Source: Trichoplax adhaerens (Eukaryota; Animalia; Placozoa). From it: DNA of 64,000 nucleotides. Below the pieces are notes generated by a model, which worked only from the letters and a program-made list of their open reading frames with translations, was not told the DNA's origin and made no database searches. This document shows positions 13,927-25,442 of this stretch, piece after piece. Every line of letters begins with the position of its first letter. Positions within the stretch are counted from its first letter, which is position 1. The stretch is taken from positions 7,060,299 through 7,124,298 of the forward strand of contig NW_002060943.1 of assembly GCF_000150275.1 (NCBI RefSeq). Direction: 5' to 3'. The position numbers and the translations under genes were made by a program.

Positions 13927-14926
13927 TATCTAGGATTATATCCTAGCATTTTATCAATGTATGTGTATAAAATATCCTTTTTTATTTTTATCCTCTTTGG
14001 CTGTTGGGCAGATTAACATGCAATACTAGAGTATACTATGCGTTGTACGCGTATCTATAATTATTTCTTATTAGCTATAAATAATTTTAACAGCCGGGCA
14101 ATTTTATAATCGAAAGAAGCATAGATATTTTGCGATGAGATTTATGCAAGACGGTTGTGATATGTATGTAATGTTGCATTTTAACTTGGAGATATTCTAA
14201 GGTAAATGTTATGCCTCTGCATCAGTGTGAATGCTTATTAATGAAAGACTACTCGTACGTTACTACAAGAGTAACTGGTGCTACTCGGGTTACTTTTTTA
14301 TGTTTAAGCTTATTTAATAGTTATACATGGATTAACTCCATTAAATTAAATTTTGTACTGGATTACAAAATTGATTGTACCCATAAAATTAATACTATTT
14401 ACTCTTTACTGTACCGACTATATATTTATGCATGATTGATGGTGCGCCAACTGGATGGGATAAACCTTATTTTTAAAAAAATTTTCAATTTTATCTTAAT
14501 ATGAGAATTATCGAGATATAGGCCAGAGAAAAAAAAATGAATTGATTTACAATTAAATTATAATGGAAGGCCAGATGAGATGTTGTAGCAGATGAAATCT
14601 CAATCAAGAAATAAAGTCTCTTATTACTGTAGTATGGTGATTTGAACTGTGTTTACCCTTGCATACGTCGATTGTGGCGTTAAATAATACTCTGTTCCTT
14701 CTCATCGCAGTATAATTTAATTTTTAATACTAAGAGGCCAATTATAATATCAGCACGATACTTTATTAACTTTGCATAACACAGTATTACCATAATTAAT
14801 TATGAAACTGATGTAGTTATCATTGCTGTACACTGTGTACTTCTGCCATGTTAGCTCTCTACACAACTGTATCAAAGTTTGCAACAACAAAAATGAAAGC
14901 GATATTGAAGGTACTGTAGTAGTTCA

Positions 14927-15472
14927 TGCTTCTTAATTACCTAGGTTCTGCTGCCGCCATAGAATAAATTTGATATACTTTATTTTACCTCTATGGCTGC
15001 GGCAGAATATGGTAAGTTTTACGTCTGATGTACAGGCAAGGACTACTGCAATAAATCGCTGATGCTTTTGCTTCTTAAGTTACCTTGGTTCTGCTGCCGC
15101 CATAGAATAAATTTGATAAGTTTTATTTTACCTCTATGGCTGCGGTAGAATGTGGTAGATTTTACGCTGCTGCAATAAATCGCTGTTGCTTATGCTTCTT
15201 AAGTTACCTTGGTTCTACTGCCGCCATAGAATAAATTTGATAAGTTTTATTTTACCTCTATGGCCGCGGCAGAATGTGGTAGGTTTTACGTCTGATGTAC
15301 AGGCAAGGACTACTGCAATAAATCGCTGATGCTTTTGCTTCTTAAGTTACCTTGGTTCTACTGCCGCCATAGAATAAATTTGATAAGTTTTATTTTACCT
15401 CTATGGCTGCGGTAGAATGTGGTAGGTTTTACTGCTGATGTACAGGCAAGGACTACTGCAATAAATCGCTGT
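14927..15472. repeat. Tandem array of 4 units (starts ~14927, 15069, 15193, 15336; periods 142/124/143 bp), each containing a ~62-80 nt inverted repeat
   Basis: Directly visible near-identical units: tgcttcttaa(g)ttacc..gttct(g/a)ctgccgccatagaataaatttgata..tttattttacctctatggc(t/c)gcgg(c/t)agaat.tggta...ctgcaataaatcgctg. Confidence 0.97.
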
Positions 15473-15871
15473 TAGACTTTCTGTTAGACACGGAATGAAA
15501 TTTGGAAAGGCCATGAGGTTTCCAAGGTCGATTGTAGTATACCACCAAAATGCCCTGTATAAGGTACTGTACTACCGTACGAGTATGTGGAATAAAATTT
15601 CAAAAATTTTTTCAAAGTTGAATCTCTCTTCATAGCTACAGTACCGACTGTTGCTGCTATCTCATCGCTTTAGCATGTTCAATAATCATTTTTAGCATTG
15701 GAATGTTGGGCGTATTTTTGCCTATTTGCACTCAATTCTGTACTACTATCTGGTATGCCAGTTACGCTACTTTTAACCGATAGTATTGATTGCATACAGT
15801 AGTACCTTAGCATGGTAAAGCGGCAGCGCAATCATTCGACGTGGTTTTCACTTTACTCCTAGAGATAGCTG

Positions 15872-18800
15872 ATGGATTGCTTTCAATTAGAACTGGTACA
15901 AACCGCCCGCCAGAAAGATTATTTTACTCTTTTTGATTCCGTCGAAGATGAATTGAAAGTTTCTGCTCATATTTTACATGATTTTTATATAAAGTGGACT
16001 ACCGGCGTGCGTAATGGCCAACCCTTCGTGTCCTTGATGTTATGTAGCAATGGTTAGTTTTTCCCGTGCACACGTGTACGGTAGAACGATTATGAATGTT
16101 GTGATAGAAATAAAAAGTCGTAGGCAAAGTCAGCAAGAAATCTTGGTCGCTGACTGATAGAACGATTCTTTATGACTAGCGTTTACTGGATGCTGTGGCA
16201 CCATGGTATACGGTATAAGTTGTACATGAACTATTTTAGATGCAAATCCTAGAATCTTCATCAATCGGCGACCTACCCTGAACTTTTAGCGCCAAAAGTC
16301 GCACACTACTAATGATACCTTTTAATATAACAAGTTTCTCGCCAGTAGTAATCGTATCTAGTTAAAGGGTAATCAAAACTAAGAATGATTCTCTCTTTTC
16401 TTCGAACTAGATCCTAATCAAGTTGCAAATGCTATCAGAAAATTCTTGCCGACGCCTACTGACATTCATGTTGATACATTACTTGGCTACTCTGACAATG
16501 GCCTGGATGATATGGTTATTGCCTCTAGTGAAAAAATTCAATCTCTTCATCGAGATGATTGGAACAAATCGTTAGCATTAGTCTTCATGTATGATTGCCA
16601 TTATGCTGTGCAACATCGCCACCCGTATAATAACTTACTGCAAAAAATTGATCGTGAGCGTACACGCGTCATTGGCTTTACTAACTGTGTCTTTGAAAAT
16701 TATGACGAGGCTTTACTAAATGCCATCGCTAAAGCGATCAGTTGCGAATTTTTACTTCCTTCTTGTGCCGTAGAATTATCTAGGACGAATGATGGACCTT
16801 CAGAATTCACTATAGTTAATCAATCTTATAAGCCTAAAGCTGTCGACTTACTTAACAGTTGTATTAAGTATTTAAACTCGATTAGACGTCAAAGCTGCAA
16901 ACAAACCTGGCAAAAGGTAGATCGCTATCTTAAGATCATACAAGATTGCATGCAAGTCATGACAGATTTTGGAGAATGGGCATTCTTTCGTATCAAGAAT
17001 GTAATATTAGACGAGTTGATAAATGCCTATGATTCTGCATCTGACCAAATTCATGAAAAATGTACATCAACTATATTTGCTGTCAGTAATGAAATTAACA
17101 ATCACGATGTCGACGTGGATAACATTGATTTCAACCTGTATCCTAAAGTAGAAACACTAATCAAAATTTTAACAGCGTTAGAATTAAGTCCAGGCGTCGA
17201 ACGACTTCTTCTTTGTGCAGGAAATGCCTTCACTGTAGACGTTTTATATTATTTAATGAAGCATTTTAGGAGTCAATCTATCTTACCCTCGGTAAATATT
17301 AGTAAATTGCATGACGATGGATCTTCAATGCAGAAATGTCTCAGCCGCAACCGAGATTTGTTAATTGATTATCACTCGATGAGAACCAGTATAATCATTA
17401 TAGAACAATCTTCGCCGCTATTTCTAAATTTACCCTTATCCCACTGTATAATTTGTTTCGATGGCCTAGGACATTTTTATTCTTATCTCCAATTACGAAG
17501 TAAAGTCTCACAACGACTAGTGATCATGGTCAATCAAGATAATCTGAAATATACTCTATCCAAGTACAAGAGATGGCACATTCTCATGGATTATATGTGG
17601 AGACGTGAATATACCACCGAAATTGATACTACGAATATGTTGCAAGATTCCGCTAATGTTTCGACAATTGGATCTGCGCTTTTGCCTATTTATCGGTCAG
17701 ATAATAATATTGAATATTGACTTTTCATTTGCAACTTGCCTAGTTAAAATTGCAGATAATATACTGTAGTAAATTATGGAGAAAAATAGATTTCTTGATG
17801 ATCCCAATACTCTAAAAGGTGATGTTGACGCTTTGCTTTTTTCTAGCTTTTGTTGCTACTCAAACAATAATGATTTGAGATACCATTTTCCACTGTGGAT
17901 AGTAGAACAAGTACCCGATGGTTATAAAGCATGTTTGGAACTGCCATGTCGTCTTTCTGATAAAGCTATAATTGTAATTTAATACATGACTTACGCGATT
18001 ATAGTTAGGCAGTCTTAGTTGCTGAATGCTATCGCTAATACGTTTCACGATTTACTAATTGACTTTTTAAGGGCCCTGTGTCAGCAACACCATTTCTAGC
18101 GAAAACGTCCGCAGCGTTATTAAGCGTGCAACAGCTATTCAATCACGGTTATATCACAGAATATTTAAGTCCATATGTGAAGATTCGTAACTTAAGCCGG
18201 ACTTCATATGCCAGAGAAATGAAAAAAATAGATCTATATGAAAAGAAGGTGATTACCTGTGACATTCTATTGATGTAATTCTTTCATTGAGTTTGAATTC
18301 CACCTTGCCTTGGCTAGATTGCTGACATTATAGGCCTTTTTCCGATTATGCCTCTGGAGTTTTCATATGTGTATCCTTTAATCATGGAAGTTCAAGAAGA
18401 ATTTTTTCCGTTCCGAAAGAAATGTGATATTAGACATACTTTTGGAATTGTATCACCTGCCTTATTTCCACAGGTTGGATATACATTTTACACTTTATGA
18501 CTATTTATATCTGCGTGTGCCATTATCAGCGATGATGATTAACTGTAGATATCTAGTTTGCAGATTTCGCAATGACTACCACGCGTGGTAAAATAGTGGT
18601 GAAAGTAGCGGATTACTTTGAAAAAAAATTAGACCAAGATGCAATATCTCAAATCCACAATTTTAGCAAATTTGTCTTTGAAGAAATGATTACTTGTGCT
18701 AATTCCTCTATTTTTCAATTTGATGCCTTAAATGGGTTAAAAAAATATTTGTTAGTTCCGATTTTGAGAAGCGATAGGTAAATCATGATGGTCCTAATTG

Positions 18801-21288
18801 ATCGCGTGATAATATTGTAGACTGCATACGCTAAATCTAATGTAATTTTCTTACAGCAGGTATGACCTTGATTTTGAAGTGCTCAATTTATTTTGCAAGG
18901 AGGAACATAAACTATATGTAACACCAGCTAGCCATGATTATATCATACAGTATGAAAATGCAATGGTTGCTAGAAACTATCGTGGCCTTGATACATTAGA
19001 ATGGTTTTTTGTGTCAAACGTTTGTTCGGATATGTCGCCCTCCTCAAAATTTACTAATCCAGATGTTGCGTCGACTTATAGCGAATATTACAAGATCAAA
19101 TATGATATAGATATACAAGATGCCAATCAACCTCTATTAGAGGTGGCTAGATTTAAGAAGATGCACATCACCTTGCTTAATGCAAAGCAATCCGGTAGTA
19201 TCACTCATGATATACGTACATTGTCTGTTAATTCAAATAGCAACTCTATAGTTCTTATTCCAGAGCTTTGTTTGATACACGTTATTCCAGCTGAGTTGTG
19301 GTTTCTCTCTCAATATTTGGCCTTGGTTTTGTATCGTGTCGAGTCAATACTACTTGCATTCGAGCTGAGAGAATTGCTTAGATCACAGGCTAATATTTGC
19401 GATATTTATTCTGTTGATTACTTAATAACTGCAGTAGGTTCTGCGAAGCCATGCTTATTAGAAGCGATAACACTTTCTTCTGCCCAGGATCATTTTAATC
19501 TTGAAAGATTGGAATTCTTAGGCGATAGATACCTAAATTATAAGATAACTTTGACGACCTTACTTGAGCATCCATCATGGTCAATAAATGAAGTAATCAA
19601 TAGAATGAGATTTCTAACGAAGAACAAAAAATTGTTTCGGCTAGGTGCTGGGAGACGTATTCCTTACTACATTGTAGGGTGTCCTTTCAACCAAAATAAA
19701 TCCTGGGTGCCGCCAGGTTTTGTAATAAATCAAACGGTATCTGAGTTGTCTATTGCAATGTCGAGGGAATACACACATCAACCTTTGACGAAAAAAGCTA
19801 TCGCAGACTGTGTTGAAGGATTAATTGGCTATCTTTGCTTAGTTTGTGGTAGAAATTCAGTGCTTAGATTCATGCGCTGGCTAGGCTTTGAAATCTCAGA
19901 GTGTCTTGATGGAATTCAAGAATTAATACCTTCCATCGATTTTCGAACTAATCTTTATTCTGAGACTGCAAATAGTGTCGAAACGATCCTAAACTATTCC
20001 TTTCGTAATCGGTCATTGTTGATGCTGGCACTTACCCACAAGTCTTATTCCGGGCTGGAGAGTATATCTTATGAAAAGTTAGCATTCCTTGGTGATACCC
20101 TGCTAATATATCAAATATGCCTTTTCTTATATACTCAATACACTGACTATCAACCTAAAGATTATCACCTTTTGTTGGAGTACCTAACGTGTAATCGAAT
20201 GTACGGTATTGTGGCTATTGCATCTGATTTATGCAAGTTCTTGCTTCATAAATCAAGAGAATTGACTTTGCAAATTGACGAAATTTACCAAGCTTTAGAA
20301 GCGGATGATGTACAGGTGAGACTAATGAAGCATATTTTCGTACTCTAGTATTGTTAGTGATGAAATTTAATTATAGCTTAAGGATGATGTAGTTATGGTA
20401 CTACAATAATGAATTATTAAAAATAGGCAGGAAGAAAATGCAGCTACGAATATTCTAACTTTTGCGACTTTGAAATGATTTACAGTTAATTAGGTTATAC
20501 AACGAGGTCACTAATTTTTTGATTACCGATATCATTATAGTCCTACAAACGAGTCGCAGCTGTACAATGTTAGGTTGCAGGCCTTATAATTAATTAATGG
20601 TAGTGATTGATTGATTGATTGTACAAATATTTATTTCATTTTTCAAATAAGTCGTTTTCCTCAACGGTTCAGTCAGGCTGTTCATATAAAATGAAAACAA
20701 CTCTATTACTAGAAAAGTTATCAATTGAGCAATTCGTCCCGAAAGAGCTCGGAGATACATTCGCAGCGGTTGTAGCTGCAGTATTTTTGGATAATTATCC
20801 TGATGAGGACACGGCTGGGCGTATTATTAATTCGCTATTAAATCCAATTTTCGGTAACTAGTTTTAGGGTCTATTCAGCAGTATCATTATGCTTTTGGTA
20901 ACTATAGTTATGTATTCCTAATTTTTTTTTAACAATGTTACAGATGTGAAATATACGTGTGAAGATAACCTTCCCGTATCTCTAACACAGCAGATGTATG
21001 AATCGCTTCCGAATCGAGTTCGTACCTTGTAAGTCAAGTTTTAAAATTGTTGTTTGATTGTATTTTTATAATAATTATAATTATTTATTAATTCTAAAGC
21101 TTGTTCTTGATTATAGCTTTGTTGATAATAAATCCGGAAGTTATTCAATTTGCAATGTTAGCGTCGTTCTGAAAAACTCAACGGAGAAGACGTTTGCAGG
21201 AAAGGGAAAGGATCATGAACACGCGAAAACCCTTGCGATGGCTGCATTAACGAGATATATAGATGAAAACCCTAACCAATTTCAGTGA
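15872..21288 (+). CDS. DICER1: Divergent Dicer: degenerate helicase-DUF283-platform/PAZ-RNase IIIa-RNase IIIb-dsRBD (exons ~15872-16052, 16411-17695, 17847-17973, 18072-18248, 18318-18473, 18557-18777, ~18857-20315, unresolved small exon(s), 20713-20853, 20944-21028, 21117-21288)
   Basis: FQLEL and DCHYA..HPY helicase remnants; DUF283 (YKACLELP...AKTSAALLSVQQLFNHGYI); PAZ (SPSSKF...TYSEYYKIKY...NQPLL...LIPELC); RNase IIIa ERLEFLGD/IADCVEGLIG; RNase IIIb LNYSFRNRSLLMLALTHKSY...FLGD and VPKELGDTF; dsRBD (FAGKGKDHEHAKTLAMAAL). The symbol denotes the family; orthology is not established. Confidence 0.95.
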
Positions 21289-21999
21289 TTCGGAAGTGAT
21301 TGACAACAATCTTACAATTATGGTATTGATTAAAGGTAACTATTTTTGGACATGCTTGTGGGCTATTGACAACGTACAAACGCGAGAAGTAGCATTAAGT
21401 AAATTTCATTGAATACGTATAATTGATAATTGTACGACACACATTTCATATCGTCGTTAGATTGTTCGGTTAAGACGAATTCTTGAAAAAATACCTACGT
21501 CAGTGGCTGTATATCGTAGGCATTTACTATAATTAAATAGAAAGCTTTAAAAGTGAATTATTAATAATTATAATAGATTAGTCGAAAAGTGAGGACAGGT
21601 ATAAATAATTTCATAGTAAATGCAATGCTTCCCTCTGAATCATATTGCAAAATATGTTAAATTGAAATATTACGATATGGACTTAAGTTTGTTACAAATC
21701 AAGTACTGGATCCATAGCATTTTACGCTATTCTAGAATATATATGGGGAGATCAGAACGTGTAATAATTTAATGGCATTAATTTATCGACAAGGATATGA
21801 TTAAATAAGATTAGATTAATTCATTAAGGAATTAATTTTCCTTAAAACCAAAGCAAGCGCTTTAAATTACCTACTAAACAGCTGCCAATGTGTCGTAAGG
21901 TGTTGGTATCAACTTCGCAATGTAAAAATTAATTAATAAAGAATATCTTGATTGGTTATATTTAAGACCCGAAGAGTACGTGTATTGTTAGCGATGTTA

Positions 22000-23112
22000 T
22001 CAATACTTTGTATCTTCTAGTATTGATATCATTTTTAGCCACAATTCCTTATTCTTGTACAAGCTGCAGTCACTCAGACGTTCAAAATAATAATTAAATA
22101 TGTCAAAATTGCATGTAGTAATAATATTAGATCCGATGGTAGGAACAGAAAGCTTATTTAATACGGTAACAAGAATAGCCCATTCGTCATCAGTGATGCC
22201 GAAGGACGAACGAGCCTCCAAAAATTGCTTTTTAAGCATGCTTGCTTCATCCACCCTACCAAGGCATTCATTCGTAGCTAGGTTGTCTAGAAATTCTCGA
22301 ATGTCCCTAAATACTGTAGTAATGCGACAGTTTTGGAACAATTATTTATACAATAGCTTCATATCGATTATTTAGTAAAAACCGGTCAATCTCTAAGTGA
22401 ATTTATCAATATTGCTACCATTGAGAATAACCATCCAATACATACGTAGAGTATAATTGCAATAACAAGATTAATATGTCAGTATAACGGAATATCTGTA
22501 ATGCAAATCGATACATAATAATTACTATATAAAATCTAGTCGGCTGTAGGTCTTCTATGCTACTAGAGAAGTTTATCCTATGCTGTAGATAGTAAGTAAA
22601 ATGTATGATAAGCTTTGCATTTTGTCAAGATAGATCACGTAAAGTACCCCTGCAACATTTAATGTACCGCAAGTGTTAACACATTAACAATATTAAGAAT
22701 CATATCGGTTGAGACTTAAAATTGTAGACTAAGCTATGATTGATTAAATTTATCATCACTACGAAGCGTGAGAGCATATATAAGAGAGTGTATTCTATAA
22801 TGATTGCATCACATTGCTGAAATGAACTATAAAACAATATCAAATTTCTATAAGGTTTTGTATTACCTCTTAAGTTGTAAGAAACTTTCCGGACCAAAAT
22901 ATTCGATATACGATAAACATAACCGGCTACATAATTTATAAAGTCTTGTTCAGCAAAATGGCACTGAAGCTTTTCAGTAGGAGAGAGCTCAAACCAGGCG
23001 GCATTTAGACGTGACATCCTCATGGAGAAAATTAACCGTCAATCAATATTTCACTGGCGTTCCTTGAATCAGCTATCAATGCAATAAAAAGAAGTAGCAC
23101 TTTTAACAACAT
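22000..23112 (-). CDS. Probable multi-exon orphan gene encoding a secreted protein; internal exons uncertain
   Basis: ATG at 23112 gives MLLKVLLLFIALIADSRNASEILID with a phase-1 donor at 23036; a compatible 60-nt exon lies at 22926-22867; terminal 113-codon ORF 22341-22000. No family recognised. Confidence 0.45.
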
Positions 23113-23882
23113 GTGCTGTATCGATTGAGTATGTTACAATTGGTTATCGTTTAGCATTCGTGGACAATCGAATGGGGAATCTTTATAATAAGTAGTTTTG
23201 CTTGATCAAGTAGATGACAACCATACAACGCTTAGGCAATTACAGTGACCACATTTAATCCATCAGTTTTATCTACAGTACAGTATAACATGACATGGAT
23301 ATATCGATAAATATATCCTAGCAAATATGGCACCTTGTACAGTGCAGTTTTAAGCCATTACAGCCGGGATTAGTGGTGTAAATTAAATTATTAAGTCTAT
23401 AAGATGACATACTATACTCTACATTTGTGGTATACGAGTATAATAACTGCTATGTGCTACCATTTAAGTAAGAGACAATTGACTAATTAGGTAAGATTTT
23501 CTCATCGCGTCGTACAGCAATGCAGTAGTTCGCTATGAAGCACAGCAAAAGTCTTGTTGCTATCTACGCTGTAGGGTACAGCAGTTCATCACAGGTAGTA
23601 GCTAGTTCTGATAGAAAATAGCGTAAAAGAATACAACGATTGTAGAATTGCTACCGTAATTGTTCAGTTCTCAGTTAGAGTAACAACAAAGGCCAATATC
23701 TGTTTTATAGAACACTTGCTATCCTAGAAAAGGTTACCAACTATCCACGATCGTTGTAAAGAAGATGCCCTACAGCACAATAATTTTGCAAGTAAGAACG
23801 TATCGCTCTAGACTTTCAGCCTACTGTTGAAGTACAGTAGAAAAAGTAACTAAAAAAAGGGAATTGGAATAAGGACAGTAAA

Positions 23883-24261
23883 ATGCATCTGTTATTGTCT
23901 ACCATAATGATCGTCCACGAATCACTCGTAATCCGGAGTTGGAATCCACTCTTTACTACAGTAATACTCAGCTGCTTGCCATCCGCTTTTTATAACTGGA
24001 AATACACTCTACCTTTAGTGTTCCTCAGCTTTATCACATCCTTAGCAACGATCGAGCAAATTCATGCCATGCTTGTCTATCCTGAAGTCTACTAATTTTG
24101 CGGGTTAAATAGAATTGATCGATGAGCACTAACCTTGATTTACACTTTTCTAGTTTTCGCAATGTTCACGCCAAGGTCGTTTATACCGCTTACTATTGAT
24201 CGTGTACTCTATTTATATACTGGATACTCTTATATCTTCTGGATTGAGTACGGTAGCATAA
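23883..24261 (+). CDS. Possible small two-exon hydrophobic protein (23883-24086 + 24154-24261)
   Basis: Hydrophobic 70-aa ORF joins in phase to FSQCSRQGRLYRLLLIVYSIYILDTLISSGLSTVA*; the donor (gtctac) is weak and no family was recognised. Confidence 0.25.
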
Positions 24262-25442
24262 GAAGAATTTGCCTTTTAGGTGCCTTTAAAAGAGAGCTTA
24301 CCTAATTATCATATGTAAAGGAAGTATACCGTGCACTTGGACAGTACTGTAAGCTGTCTGCTTTATATAGGCGATGTTTTAGGAAGTCAGGTAGTGTATG
24401 GAATCTGCATCATTTTTGTCTCTCCAGGCTCAAAGTTTATTTATTGACTTACTTATAGAAAAAGAAACCTTGTTATTAAATGTTTGCAAAGTATCGACTG
24501 TCAGTCTGTTATCCAGACTTATTTTAATTATTGCTTTATTGTTCCTTGTTACTGGAGAAAAGTAGAGGTCAACTTTTTAGCTAGTATGCTTGCATAGCCA
24601 TCATGGACTCCTCGATACACCCTATCCACTAGTATCCAGAAGTCCATAGCATAACACTGACAGAATCATAGGACAATTTTGCTCCTGTCCTTTTCTTTTA
24701 CAAGTCACTAGTTTTGCACAGGCCATAACCAGGACAAACTGATATATTGATGTTGTTTGTCTTTTATTAGCTCTATCATGTTGTGTGCCATTAATTGTAT
24801 TTTATATTACCTATCTAGTCAATAGCGTTGATAGTTTGAGAATATTGGACCGGCCTTCTGAGCAAAATACAGTAATTGAGTTATGTCTTGAGAAAACTAA
24901 ATTTTGATTGGGGCTGAGTTTCAAGTGCGACTTTCGAGGATATACAGCACACAAGTCGTGATTATACAGCATTGCATACTGTCATTATAATCTTCATTTC
25001 TACCTTTCCTATCCAGTTTGATGATGAAATAAATGACTTCCTGCTCAGTTTTGGGGAAGTTATCTGCATCTGGCCATGTTGCTGAGTCTGCACGTCCGTC
25101 TATCCGCAATGCCTCTAAGTACAGTACTGCACAGGTTTCTTAGTTCTGATACTAGTGTACAGTATAGACACAAGTGTGCTGTACTATACAGTACCTTACT
25201 GGAGTGTGCCAGCGGCCTTGACGACTCTGCGTCAGCAGACTGTGCGCAGAACAGTCTGCGCAGAAGTCGATCATGTTGGATGACGTAGCAGCACAGCAAA
25301 TCCAAAGCCCAAACCTCCATCTTGATATGAAAGATTGAACGTCCTCAAGGACATGCAAAGATATCTTGGTAAAATTGGCCAATTAAAGGTTATTACAACT
25401 ATGTCCAAGGAAGAATCTTTGAAATCAGAATGGAATTCTTCT

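Noticed and set aside
14927-15472. Repeat array as a CRISPR locus
   Set aside because: Units are near-identical along their whole length with no unique spacers, the context is eukaryotic and there are no cas genes.
16161-16212. Possible extra Dicer exon (ERFFMTSVYWMLWHHGI)
   Set aside because: It ends in phase 2 while the 16411 exon needs phase 1; direct 16052>16411 splicing already matches the Dicer sequence pattern.
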